64,000 nt of DNA, from positions 31,443 to 95,442 of IMG/VR virus record IMGVR_UViG_3300045988_120470, one strand, 5' to 3'. Shown one piece after another: positions 37,733 through 47,289 of this stretch. The translations under genes and the position numbers were made by a program. Below the pieces are notes generated by a model. That model did not search any database and had not been told where the DNA came from. It worked only from the letters and a program-made list of their open reading frames with translations. The stretch's first letter is position 1; every line of letters begins with the position of its first letter. The DNA is from a virus.

Positions 37733-38920
37733 TTAATCATGAAGCATCATTGGCATGCACAATGTCATTACCTTTGGTGCCGGATCGTCGGCGGTGATTA
37801 CTACGGCGTGCGAAGCATCGAGCAACTGCATTCGTATGGTGTCCGACGGAATGGAGTTGATGCAGGTCTGGAAGGCAGTAGACTTTAATCCGATGCGGAA
37901 GTTGTCGTCACACTGGGCATCGGCTATGCACACCTGGTCTTCGCCAGATACAGAAAAGTCTGCATTGTTTGCCGACACAGTGAGGAACATGCCGTTCTTC
38001 TGTATCTCTACGAGGTTGCTCTCATTGCTTGAGAACAGACTGACACGGCGCAGAATGTCGAGCATTTCCTTCTTGTCGAACACTACATAAAACGGATTCG
38101 ACTTCGGAATGACCGCGTTGTAGTTGGGGTATCTACCCTCTATGTGCTTGCATATCAATTCCGTGTCGCCTGATGTGAAGCGGATGGTATGGCCGTCGTT
38201 CTCAATGGTGATGTCCTCACTGTCATCAAAGGCGGAGAGTGTGCGGAAATAGTTGCGGTGGATAAGCGTCTTGCAGGGTTCGCCGCTACGGAAAAAATCG
38301 CTGCCTCCCTTTGCAGGGTCGTTGCTGTGCATCATCCGGACAAGAGTTAGTCCGTTGGTTCCAACAAATACCACCTCGGAACGGTCTTCGGCTACGTCGA
38401 GGCAAAGACAGGATAGCTGCGGACGAAGTTCATCCATAAGGGCAAACTTATCGGCTGTGTCTACGACGGAATGGAACAGCGACATCGGCAGACTGATTAC
38501 TGACGACTGCTCGGCTTTCGGCTGTTCCATCTGGGGAAAGTCTCCACCCAGAAAGAGGCACATCTGCGCCTTACCCGGCTTCACATTGTCCTCGCTGCTC
38601 GTGCAATATTCTACGGTGAATGACTGACTGTCGTCGGGAATGTCGAATGTTACTACGCAATCGGGCAAAGTACCTAATAATGCGCTGAGCATCTTGATGG
38701 GCAGCACAATGTCGCGGTCGTATGTGCCGTTGCAAATGGTGAGCGGTGCCGGGATGGTAAGCTGTGCCTCAGTGGTTGACGATGTAAGAAAGAACTGCTC
38801 TCCCTTGCGTGTCAACAGCACGTTATCGAGGATAGCTATAGTGTTCTTAGAGCCGATACACTTTGCCGACTTGTTTAGGGCTGCGTGCAGGGCTTTGGAT
38901 GATTGAGCTTGTAACTTCAT
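37733..38920 (-). CDS. dnaN: DNA polymerase III beta-subunit-like sliding clamp
   Basis: 395 aa. ...HIEGRYPNYNAVIPK... matches the conserved G(R/K)(F/Y)P(D/N)Y..V(I/L)P clamp motif. The length fits a three-domain clamp. Confidence 0.75.
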   Translation of the reverse strand: MKLQAQSSKALHAALNKSAKCIGSKNTIAILDNVLLTRKGEQFFLTSSTTEAQLTIPAPLTICNGTYDRDIVLPIKMLSALLGTLPDCVVTFDIPDDSQSFTVEYCTSSEDNVKPGKAQMCLFLGGDFPQMEQPKAEQSSVISLPMSLFHSVVDTADKFALMDELRPQLSCLCLDVAEDRSEVVFVGTNGLTLVRMMHSNDPAKGGSDFFRSGEPCKTLIHRNYFRTLSAFDDSEDITIENDGHTIRFTSGDTELICKHIEGRYPNYNAVIPKSNPFYVVFDKKEMLDILRRVSLFSSNESNLVEIQKNGMFLTVSANNADFSVSGEDQVCIADAQCDDNFRIGLKSTAFQTCINSIPSDTIRMQLLDASHAVVITADDPAPKVMTLCMPMMLHD

Positions 38921-39011
38921 AATATATAATTTTGAATTTTGATTTTTAAAATTTTCACAGAAAAGTCAAACGCCTTTTGTGTCCTTTTGTGCTTCTTTGT
39001 TTTTGCCATTA

Positions 39012-39617
39012 TTAGAACGGCATGTCATCTACGTCAGCATCGGTATAACCTGCGAGTGGGTCGGTGCTCTCGGCTGGTGCCACATATCCGGTGGCTGCTC
39101 CTGCTGCGGCTACATTCGGTGTGGCGTAAGGTGAAGGCTGCTGTTTTGCCCATGGCTGGTAGAGCATAGCCAGACGCTTGTTCATACGCTGACGGATAGC
39201 CTTAAAGAGGTGAGTGTTCTCATCGGTGGGGTCTTGGTTTACAATATCGGGGTCGCGCTCTTTGTTGGCTTCCTTCACTTGCTCTACGAGCTTCGGGAAC
39301 TTCTGCGCTACTGTCTTGATGTAGTCAACCGAATAAAACATCTGCATTTCGTGTGTCGGAACTGTCACGTTGCTGTCGCCACGCTCCAAAGCTGCCTGGC
39401 GCACCTTAGCCTTGTACTGCTCGTTGAGAGGCCAGATGCTTACACGCATCTTAGCCAATGTGCGGGTAGGATCTTTAGAAGCCTGCTCTACTTTAATTTC
39501 ATTCAAGTCTGCCGGAATGCAGACATACACACGCTCAGGTTTTTTCGAGTCGATACCCTTGAACACCTGCGCTCCGTTCAGGGAGAGCAGGTCGATGTTG
39601 CCGTTGTAACTTGCCAT
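39012..39617 (-). CDS. SSB-like protein (non-canonical core, SSB-type acidic C-terminal tip)
   Basis: 201 aa. It ends ...DADVDDMPF, mimicking the bacterial SSB tip D-D-D-I-P-F, preceded by a Pro/Ala/Gly-rich linker. It sits next to the clamp and primase-helicase genes. Confidence 0.5.
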   Translation of the reverse strand: MASYNGNIDLLSLNGAQVFKGIDSKKPERVYVCIPADLNEIKVEQASKDPTRTLAKMRVSIWPLNEQYKAKVRQAALERGDSNVTVPTHEMQMFYSVDYIKTVAQKFPKLVEQVKEANKERDPDIVNQDPTDENTHLFKAIRQRMNKRLAMLYQPWAKQQPSPYATPNVAAAGAATGYVAPAESTDPLAGYTDADVDDMPF

Positions 39618-39654
39618 TTTTTTATTATTTTATGATTTATGTTTACTTTTTTTT

Positions 39655-39887
39655 CTAATAGAGTCTCGCCTTGCTGTCGCTCATGTCATCCACCGTGCGC
39701 ACCTTGTACCATTTCTTTACTCGGTTCTTAGGCGCATACACCTTTGACAGCCCGATAAAACTACTACAAGCAAGGTGCAGCGGACTGATACTTCCGCCGA
39801 ACAGCGGTGAGCTCTCTTCTCTACAGCTGCATTTTATGTAGTCGTAGGAAATGCAGCTTTCGCATTTGGGGGGGTAAATGTTCGCAT
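39655..39887 (-). pseudogene. small Cys-rich (zinc-ribbon-like) ORF interrupted at a C7 homopolymer
   Basis: ATG at 39887 (MRTFTPP), then a C7 run (plus-strand G7 at 39868-39874). A 68-codon frame (KCESCISYDYIKCSC...KARLY*) with no start of its own continues in the other frame. One extra C would fuse them. Confidence 0.45.
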
Positions 39888-39893
39888 AAACGT

Positions 39894-40319
39894 TTATTGA
39901 AAATCAACTATAAAAGTTGGTAATATATCTTTCTCCAAGACATCAATATTGATGTCATCGCGGGAATAACTGCTAATGCAATACTCATCGAAATATTTGG
40001 TAGGCGAAGACGTTATGGGATAATCATCAATAGTCTTTCCCTCTGCATCTATCTTGTCGTAGTCAATATAGCGACCCTTGCAAGAAGTAAACTTTCCAAT
40101 GTCCTTAGGCTCGAACACCATAAGGATGTCAGTACTTACGATTCCACGCAACCTGCGTAAGGCTTTCTTTGCCTGTTCCTCGTCGCCGATGCCGAAGCAG
40201 AAGCCTTTTGCTGTACTTGCAGAACCGCGCTTTATGCTGTGGTCAGTAATGTTTTCTAACGTCTCACCTTTAAGAAGTTTATCACATTCGGCGATTGACA
40301 TAAAACGATATAATTTCAT
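39894..40319 (-). CDS. hypothetical protein
   Basis: 141-aa ORF. Confidence 0.5.
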   Translation of the reverse strand: MKLYRFMSIAECDKLLKGETLENITDHSIKRGSASTAKGFCFGIGDEEQAKKALRRLRGIVSTDILMVFEPKDIGKFTSCKGRYIDYDKIDAEGKTIDDYPITSSPTKYFDEYCISSYSRDDINIDVLEKDILPTFIVDFQ

Positions 40320-40389
40320 ACTCTATATTTTTAAATGTTATACATATTTCTATTTTCTATAAAAACACCGACAAAAATTTTTCTGCTCA

Positions 40390-43300
40390 TTAGAACGGCA
40401 AGTCTTCATCTTTTATATCTGGAACACTTGCCGTTGCGTTATTCGTTGCCGCAGGTGCCGCCATTCGCCTACCCTGTTTGCGTGTCTTGTTGTTCTCCCA
40501 GCGTTCCTTCTCTTCGTCGGTAAGCGTGATGATGTTGCCGTCATCATCGCGGTATGGCAGCGGGTCGGGCTGTTCGGCAAAGGCTTTGGCTATGCGTTTG
40601 AGCTCTCGGTAATCCTTCGGTATTGCGTCCTTGCCAGGACGGTAGAAGAAGAACACATGCTTTGACGTTTGCAGATAGCGGATAAACTTCGGCTCGATGG
40701 TGTTGTCATTTTCCCACTCACGCCCGGTGAAGTATTCCTGCGTAACCCATGCCTGCAGCTTGAAGCATTTGCGCTGTTTGTCGCTCTCGTTCTCGAAGAG
40801 GTGCTTCGGGTTGCACGATATTGACATATTCTCGCAATAGTCGTATATCTTCTTCTTGAAGGTGGCTCGGCTATACTCCTTGCTCTTGCCTTCAGAGGCA
40901 TCTGCCCAGTCGCGCATAAACTCGTTGAACATATCGTCGGTGCATATCGGCACTCCGTAAACCTCGTCGCGAGAGAAAAACCACTCGAAGTAGCGGACAA
41001 TGCTCTCAGTGAGCTTCTGCACCATCTGACGGCGACGCACATTGCCTTGCGGCGCAATGGCAAAGGTGTGATAGCGCATCAGGAACTGCACTGCTAAGGC
41101 GCAGATGTAAATGGCTTGGTTGCGGTCGGTGTCATCTATTTCCTCCGGTTTATCGCTGAAGTTCTTCATCAATGCCGACATCAGACGTGCTGCCTTCCGC
41201 TTCTGCGGATTGGCTCTGGCAAAACGATTGGAGAAACTGACGAGTGGGAAACGTCCTACGGTTGAGTCGTCATCATCCGACAGCGGATAGTTGCAGGTGA
41301 TGACGTGTTTAGGGGCGTCTTTTAGTGGGACAAGTTCCTGATCTACGCTTTTCTTTTCTACAGTCAGTCCAGTAGTAACCATATTATAGAAGTACTTCAT
41401 TGGGAATCCTTTTTGCTTATCCTCCCAGTGTAGAACCCTGTACTTGAACGGCTCGCTGAGTAGATTGCCCAGCACAAACCTCGCATCGGTAATATGCTCC
41501 ATGCGCTTCATATCAATGTCGAGCACGTTCACAGCACTGCCAACAACAAGTTTCACGATGATAGACTTTCCTGAGCCACCAGTAGCCTGTTTCTCGTCGG
41601 GAATGTCGTCTTCAAGGAAGTACGGACAGACTGGCATCATACCCCTGTTAGAACGATAACACAAACGTCCGATTCCTGAAATCATATTGACGAAATGAGC
41701 ACCGATAACGGCTTTTTCCAATTCCGTCAAGTCTTCCTTATTGCGCTGCGCTTCCTGCTCTCGCTCCCAAAGAACGTTAGAGCAACCACGCACAATACGC
41801 AAGATAGGCCAAAGATCTTTCTCTTGTTTTCCCTGCCAGTTGACATCCCATCGGTAGGTTTGCGCCCATTCTTCGAGGTCGGCTTTCATCTGCCCTATCT
41901 CGAATGTAGAAAACACCAAAGACCCGTCCTCATTCTGCATCTTCTCTTTCTTGTCTATTGCTTCCTGTCGGTCACGATATTCCTGTCGCTCGGTGATGGT
42001 GAACGGTGTCTTGAACACTCGCATCGTGAAGTCATACGGTTTCTTGGCAAGCGAGGGGATAAAGAAGTTGATGTCGTCATACGACACCGTGCGGATGCTG
42101 TCGGGTGTTATCTTCAGTGCCACATTGTTGAAGTAGAAGTATTCCGTATTTGCATCGAAGGCATCGGCAAAGTTTATCACCATGCTCTGCAAACCTCCGG
42201 CAGACTTCTCCGTAAAGGTCTTATCCACCATATTGGCACAGTCGGACATCAAGCGTCTCTCGTTGTCGTTGTGCCTCCATGCCTGCTCTATATACTCCAA
42301 GAGCATAGTCTTTGCAGCCTGAATAATACTCTTTGCGTCGATATACTCCACAAAACATTTGTTCAGGTGGATATATTGACCCACGAGGTCGGTGCTCTCC
42401 GGGTCTATCATACGGTAATAACCGTGACAAGTCATAAAGAGCCACAATCTTGTGGGCGACACCTTGCAGGTAGGCGGTTTTGGTTTCCCACTTCGGGGAT
42501 CACGCGGATATTCTATCTCGAATGGTTCCGTGTTCCTCGATCCTCGCAATCGGGAGTAGAGCGGAAGACGAAGGTCGTGGTCAAACTGGAAATTCTCTTC
42601 CGCATTCATGGTGTACGTTAGCAGATAGTCGCGTACGCTTCGGGGAGGGCAGCCATATAGCCATTGCCAGCGCCGGCAATAACGTGAGCGGAAGCCTTCG
42701 GGTAGCATTGCATAATACAACGAGCTGAACTTAGTGCATATCGCTCCGCAGTCGCGCTGTGAGGCAATGTCGTTGGGGTATAGGATGATGACGTGCTCGG
42801 CAAAGCGGTTCATCTTCTGGTATTGCACGGCACTGAAATCAAGATTTTCCCGTTTCCATTCGCCACGCTCGATATACCAGAAGTTTCTGCGACCTATTGA
42901 AAACGCCACATGATACCAACAGAAATCTTGGAAGTGTTGGTCTTCCGTCTTGTCAAGACGCAAAGAGCGCATGGCATAATACACGCTCAATGCGTCTTCG
43001 GGCGTACGGCAGAACACGATATTGCGAGCCTTTATCTCGGCGGTGGGGATTTTTACGTCCACTTTTTTGAACGTACCTTTCGGTTCTCCATCCTTGGTCT
43101 CGTTCTCCTCCCATACCTCCTTGGTCTCGGTGTATTTCTCTTCGGGGTCATACTTGGCAATAGCAGCATGAACGGCTGTGTTGTCGCTTTTGCGATTATC
43201 CATCGCGTGAACAAAAACATTGTCACCCATGAGCCACTTGCTCACCTTCCTCACGCTATGCTCCTCGGCGGTATAGAACACTATCGGTTCGCTCCCTGCC

Positions 43301-44058
43301 ATTGCCGGACGGAAGAAACATCCGTATGAGTTTTGCGGTCCTATCTCCTGCGAAGCAAAGCATACGAACAGCGGATTCCAGGGTGTGCCGTGGATAATCT
43401 CGCTAACGTGCTGACCGTCGCGTATCACGTCGGGCAGCGTTACGCTCAGAAGGGAATAGATACGGAAGTCCTTGTTAAGCATGTCAGGAGTGAACGTACT
43501 GCCAAAGCCGAAGCGAGGCAATCCTTTGTCAAGCGTCACCTCACACCCAAGTGCTGCAAGCTCTTGTGGCGAGAAGTCGGTCTTCGGCATAAAAGAGAAA
43601 GTCTCGATGGTCTGCTGTGCCTGAGTACGGTAGTCCATCTTGGCAAACACCTCTGGGAAGGCACGGCGCACCTCATCGGTATCGCCATACACATCCCTTA
43701 CAAGTCTTTGGCAGATACGCTGAAGACTATATCCATGCATCGGAAGATTCATCTTGGCTGCGTACAACTCGATGGCTCCGTAGCCTGTCTTGCCCGTGCG
43801 AGTGCATTTCCACTTTACGGCACCATGTTCTGCCATTCGGTTGTCGTCAACGCCAACGCCCGAATACAGTCCACCTCGCTCATTCTCATAGATGATGAAG
43901 TGAGGTGTCTGCTTGACATCGGCGTCCGCGTACTGCCCATTCTTGCAGATAGGGCAGAAACATGCGGTCTGACCTTCTATGCGCTGCTCGTTGGCGGGCT
44001 TTACGAGAAGGTGCAGATCGATGTTGGCGAGACGATTTATAATAGGATGAAAGAACAT
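40390..44058 (-). CDS. primase-helicase (zinc-finger N-terminus, D5/P4-type SF3 helicase P-loop)
   Basis: 1222 aa. N-terminal CFCPICKNG...H zinc-binding element and central Walker A ...EKQATGGSGKSIIVKL.... The C-terminus ends ...DIKDEDLPF (SSB-tip-like). Confidence 0.7.
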   Translation of the reverse strand: MFFHPIINRLANIDLHLLVKPANEQRIEGQTACFCPICKNGQYADADVKQTPHFIIYENERGGLYSGVGVDDNRMAEHGAVKWKCTRTGKTGYGAIELYAAKMNLPMHGYSLQRICQRLVRDVYGDTDEVRRAFPEVFAKMDYRTQAQQTIETFSFMPKTDFSPQELAALGCEVTLDKGLPRFGFGSTFTPDMLNKDFRIYSLLSVTLPDVIRDGQHVSEIIHGTPWNPLFVCFASQEIGPQNSYGCFFRPAMAGSEPIVFYTAEEHSVRKVSKWLMGDNVFVHAMDNRKSDNTAVHAAIAKYDPEEKYTETKEVWEENETKDGEPKGTFKKVDVKIPTAEIKARNIVFCRTPEDALSVYYAMRSLRLDKTEDQHFQDFCWYHVAFSIGRRNFWYIERGEWKRENLDFSAVQYQKMNRFAEHVIILYPNDIASQRDCGAICTKFSSLYYAMLPEGFRSRYCRRWQWLYGCPPRSVRDYLLTYTMNAEENFQFDHDLRLPLYSRLRGSRNTEPFEIEYPRDPRSGKPKPPTCKVSPTRLWLFMTCHGYYRMIDPESTDLVGQYIHLNKCFVEYIDAKSIIQAAKTMLLEYIEQAWRHNDNERRLMSDCANMVDKTFTEKSAGGLQSMVINFADAFDANTEYFYFNNVALKITPDSIRTVSYDDINFFIPSLAKKPYDFTMRVFKTPFTITERQEYRDRQEAIDKKEKMQNEDGSLVFSTFEIGQMKADLEEWAQTYRWDVNWQGKQEKDLWPILRIVRGCSNVLWEREQEAQRNKEDLTELEKAVIGAHFVNMISGIGRLCYRSNRGMMPVCPYFLEDDIPDEKQATGGSGKSIIVKLVVGSAVNVLDIDMKRMEHITDARFVLGNLLSEPFKYRVLHWEDKQKGFPMKYFYNMVTTGLTVEKKSVDQELVPLKDAPKHVITCNYPLSDDDDSTVGRFPLVSFSNRFARANPQKRKAARLMSALMKNFSDKPEEIDDTDRNQAIYICALAVQFLMRYHTFAIAPQGNVRRRQMVQKLTESIVRYFEWFFSRDEVYGVPICTDDMFNEFMRDWADASEGKSKEYSRATFKKKIYDYCENMSISCNPKHLFENESDKQRKCFKLQAWVTQEYFTGREWENDNTIEPKFIRYLQTSKHVFFFYRPGKDAIPKDYRELKRIAKAFAEQPDPLPYRDDDGNIITLTDEEKERWENNKTRKQGRRMAAPAATNNATASVPDIKDEDLPF

Positions 44059-44067
44059 AGTTTTCCT

Positions 44068-44496
44068 TTATAGATTTATAAAAGTGTTTAATTTATAGTA
44101 TCTCACCTTACAGTTGCATATTTTATTGATATGAGCTATCAATAAAGTTGTAAACTCTCTGAATGAGATAAACTGCTCATTAATGCCGATAATCCGCACC
44201 GCCACCCTCCAGTAACATTTTCCGTTGCGTCTACGGCAAGAATGCTCATTACTGATAATCAAATCCTGTATGTTACCATTCATTATGCGAAAAATGAATG
44301 AACAAGCATCTTTTATTAACGCAAACGGTGCATGGAAGAGCAATACCCGTTCGTCGTAATTGTCTCCTCGTAAAGCCTCGGTGTAGGCGATACGATGAAG
44401 AAAGGCATAAGGTGAAGTGCGCCCGTCCCGTTTTATGTTCTCACGGTTAGGTACGTAAGGTCTGGAGAGCATAAGACTAAAAACTCGCTTCCCCAT
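44068..44496 (-). CDS. hypothetical protein
   Basis: 142 aa from the ATG at 44496 (MGKRVFSL...). This avoids the overlap with the exonuclease gene implied by the longer track ORF. Confidence 0.45.
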   Translation of the reverse strand: MGKRVFSLMLSRPYVPNRENIKRDGRTSPYAFLHRIAYTEALRGDNYDERVLLFHAPFALIKDACSFIFRIMNGNIQDLIISNEHSCRRRNGKCYWRVAVRIIGINEQFISFREFTTLLIAHINKICNCKVRYYKLNTFINL

Positions 44497-44498
44497 TT

Positions 44499-45155
44499 TT
44501 ATTCTTTTTCTATATCCAGACTTCGTAGACGCTTCATCATCTGCCACGTCGAGTAGATACTGCGTTTACAATCATAGACGGGATTGTGCGGCTCGCCGGG
44601 TCCATCGTATTCGTTAACCAACAAGTATGCTTTGTTACTGTCCAGTTCCTCTCCCGCCTTGCCACCGACGATATTTGCGCCTTCCATAAAGAATGTGCGG
44701 TGGTCGCGAAAATTCTTGTAGCTGACAGGAATCTCAATACTATACTTGCTACAGATATTTCTTAATATACCGATGTCGAAATCGGTACCTTGCGACCAAA
44801 GCTTCACTTCCATGGCGGAAGTTTCATCCTGTACATATACGATAAAACTAAAAAAATCCTCTATGACACTATCTATCGACTGCAAAGGTTTTTCGTCGTA
44901 ATCCAACAGTGACTTTTTTACATCATCGCCCTGTGTTGCCCACCATTCCGATGTCTTTTTATCGAAGGTTAGTCCGTCAACGAACGATGATCGCAGGTCA
45001 ACGTGACGGTAAAAACTGTAACCGCCGGAAAGACCGTCCGTAAAAGGATCGTCTTCCGCCGCGGCATTCCATGCCACAGCTCCGATGCTCATTACGGCTG
45101 CCGTAGGGCACAAGGCGCAGGTTTCTAAATCGAAAGTTATATTTAATTCGCCCAT
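44499..45155 (-). CDS. DnaQ-like 3'-5' exonuclease
   Basis: 218 aa. Exo I ...ITFDLETCAL..., Exo II-like ...SQGTDFDIGIL..., Exo III ...HNPVYDC.... Confidence 0.7.
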   Translation of the reverse strand: MGELNITFDLETCALCPTAAVMSIGAVAWNAAAEDDPFTDGLSGGYSFYRHVDLRSSFVDGLTFDKKTSEWWATQGDDVKKSLLDYDEKPLQSIDSVIEDFFSFIVYVQDETSAMEVKLWSQGTDFDIGILRNICSKYSIEIPVSYKNFRDHRTFFMEGANIVGGKAGEELDSNKAYLLVNEYDGPGEPHNPVYDCKRSIYSTWQMMKRLRSLDIEKE

Positions 45156-45163
45156 AAAATACT

Positions 45164-45637
45164 CTATTTTTTAATAAATTCTTCGATAATAACTTTCACG
45201 CCCTTCAATTCCCAAGGTTTCCAGTCATCCTCCTTGAAACGGGTACGGACTGTCATCTGGGAAGACATGCCCAGTTCCGACATCCTATCACACAGAACCT
45301 TTCCCATCTTTAGGTTTGTGACAAGTTCGTAAAACTTGCTGTCGTTATATTCTGAAGAGAGTGCAAGCACAGCACCATATCCTCTGCTGCCTTCCTCTCC
45401 GTCCGGTATATTATCGGTATTACTCTTCTCTTCTACAAGAAAAGAGTCTTTTATATGCGACACTCCCATAATCTCCCACTTGCAGAATCCTTTGTTGAAG
45501 AACCTGTTATAGCAGGTTGATTTTGGCATGCCATACCCCTCAAACAAGACGTATAGCCTTTTTTTCTCTTCGGGGGTAAGTTCTGTAGAAGATAATATAC
45601 CGCCGTCAAATATTTTCTTCCAAATATTCTTGGTCAT
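45164..45637 (-). CDS. hypothetical protein
   Basis: 157-aa ORF, first gene of the minus-strand replication operon. Ends in TAG. Confidence 0.5.
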   Translation of the reverse strand: MTKNIWKKIFDGGILSSTELTPEEKKRLYVLFEGYGMPKSTCYNRFFNKGFCKWEIMGVSHIKDSFLVEEKSNTDNIPDGEEGSRGYGAVLALSSEYNDSKFYELVTNLKMGKVLCDRMSELGMSSQMTVRTRFKEDDWKPWELKGVKVIIEEFIKK

Positions 45638-45652
45638 TCAAATGATAAATTT

Positions 45653-45660
45653 TATATTTG
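45653..45660 (+). promoter_or_regulatory. Bacteroidota -7 box (TATATTTG)
   Basis: 98 nt upstream of the ATG at 45758. It sits back-to-back with the minus-strand box. Confidence 0.35.
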
Positions 45661-45664
45661 TATG

Positions 45665-45672
45665 CAAAGATA
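45665..45672 (-). promoter_or_regulatory. Bacteroidota -7 box (TATCTTTG)
   Basis: 28 nt upstream of the ATG at 45637. Confidence 0.45.
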
Positions 45673-45757
45673 GTATTTATTATGTGACTATCAAACAATA
45701 TCACTACTTTTAACATAAAAAATTATTCGAGTATCATATAATTTAAAAATTAACGAT

Positions 45758-46360
45758 ATGAAAGAGCATAACATTGTTTATAATTATGGGTTTCTCGCCG
45801 ATTGGATGATGGCTAACCCATCTATTAAAAGGAACGAAATTCTTCAGAGTATGGAGATGAGTGACTACAACACATTACGCAACTGGGTGGATGGTGTGAC
45901 AATGCTTCCACTTACGCAGCTGATGAAGTTCTGCAACCGCTTCAATGTTCCCATTACCGCTTTCTTCCTTGATGAGAAAGCCGACGACACATCAATCATA
46001 GCACCTATCACACCCGGATCTATGATTGAACCTGCCGGAGGATGGCCTGACTCAAGTAGGAAGGCGGGTATCAAGGTGTGCGACCCACGCTCTAATATCC
46101 ACATGATTACAAACATGCCCGACTATATCAAGATGGAGAAGCCCTCTGGTATCTGTGAACAGAAATCGGACATCATTAGTAGTATTCCGGAGAAGGAACG
46201 GATGCGCTACCTTGATATAATAGAGAAACTAAACGATCGGTTGATGTCTCTATACGAAGAAAACATTAGACTTAACAAACTAATAAATAAAAAGGAAACA
46301 GAAAGAGAGGGAAATGCTCACGGCTACGGCATGGTTGCTGAATCAAACTCACATGTATAA
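45758..46360 (+). CDS. HTH-type regulator candidate (repressor-like position)
   Basis: 200 aa and the only plus-strand gene in a 10-kb minus-strand block. ...MSDYNTLRNWVDGVTMLPLTQLMKFCNRFNVPITAFF... resembles an XRE-type HTH, and the C-terminus is coiled-coil-like. Confidence 0.45.
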   Translation: MKEHNIVYNYGFLADWMMANPSIKRNEILQSMEMSDYNTLRNWVDGVTMLPLTQLMKFCNRFNVPITAFFLDEKADDTSIIAPITPGSMIEPAGGWPDSSRKAGIKVCDPRSNIHMITNMPDYIKMEKPSGICEQKSDIISSIPEKERMRYLDIIEKLNDRLMSLYEENIRLNKLINKKETEREGNAHGYGMVAESNSHV

Positions 46361-46366
46361 CAAAAA

Positions 46367-46398
46367 GCATCCGCCTATCTTCGCAAACTGGCGGATGC
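46367..46398 (-). terminator. rho-independent terminator (possibly bidirectional)
   Basis: GCATCCGCC-N14-GGCGGATGC. On the minus strand it is preceded by T9 and followed by TTTTTG. It lies between convergent genes. Confidence 0.6.
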
Positions 46399-46443
46399 AA
46401 AAAAAAACTAAAAAACGTCTTTCTAAAATTAACTAACTAAAAA

Positions 46444-46965
46444 CTATGTCTCATTTATCGCTGCCATCTTGCGACGATAAAATTCTTTTTCCTCTATCTT
46501 CGTGAGCGCCATGTCGGCGCTTACATACGGAACGTCGGCATACCAGTAGCCTTGATGCAAGAACACGATGGGCGTGCTGTTGCCAAAGGTCATAGGCAAA
46601 GGCAGGTTGTCTTTCGTGCGCTTCGGCTGGAGGTTGAGTATGCCGAACAGCTCTGCCTCGCTCACAACTGGCAGGGCATTCATCTCTCTTTCCAAGTCGG
46701 AGCCTTCAATGGGGAAGAAAAACACATGTCCGTCGGGAGACACTTCCTTGTCCCATCCTTCACGCTCGGTGGTGTCAGCAAACTCCACGGCTCCCACTCC
46801 ACCTGCCATGCCATCAGGCGACTCGTAGTAAACGCTCGCACCTTGTCTTTCTACCCATTCACGCGCCTTTTCTTCGGATTCCTGACAACGATGCATAAAT
46901 TTCTGTAACTCTTCGCCTACATTTGATGTAGCCGAGATTTTGTAAAAATAATGCGGTTTCTTCAT
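46444..46965 (-). CDS. hypothetical protein
   Basis: 173-aa ORF. Confidence 0.5.
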   Translation of the reverse strand: MKKPHYFYKISATSNVGEELQKFMHRCQESEEKAREWVERQGASVYYESPDGMAGGVGAVEFADTTEREGWDKEVSPDGHVFFFPIEGSDLEREMNALPVVSEAELFGILNLQPKRTKDNLPLPMTFGNSTPIVFLHQGYWYADVPYVSADMALTKIEEKEFYRRKMAAINET

Positions 46966-46995
46966 TTCTATACTTATTAATTATTAATTCAAAAA

Positions 46996-47289
46996 TCATC
47001 GTAGCGCGGTATATATAACTGGTTCTCCACATTCATCATCCTTCATCTTAAAACCTCTCGCAGCCAACTCCTGAAGGTACAATGCCAACGGATCACCCAG
47101 CGGACAAACCACTGCCTTAAAGTACGAGCGAAGCTGATAATCGGTGAACATGTCGCAGTCTTCACGCCAATGGTCGAGAGGCTTGTATTTCTCGCAGAAG
47201 GCTTCTATCTTGGCAGGGATTACGAAGTCTTGCAAGGTGACTTCCAGCTGCTCGGTGTTTTCTATCATGTCTTGTTTCTTTCTGCTCAT
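46996..47289 (-). CDS. hypothetical protein
   Basis: 97-aa ORF with a 4-nt overlap with the upstream gene. Confidence 0.5.
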   Translation of the reverse strand: MSRKKQDMIENTEQLEVTLQDFVIPAKIEAFCEKYKPLDHWREDCDMFTDYQLRSYFKAVVCPLGDPLALYLQELAARGFKMKDDECGEPVIYTALR

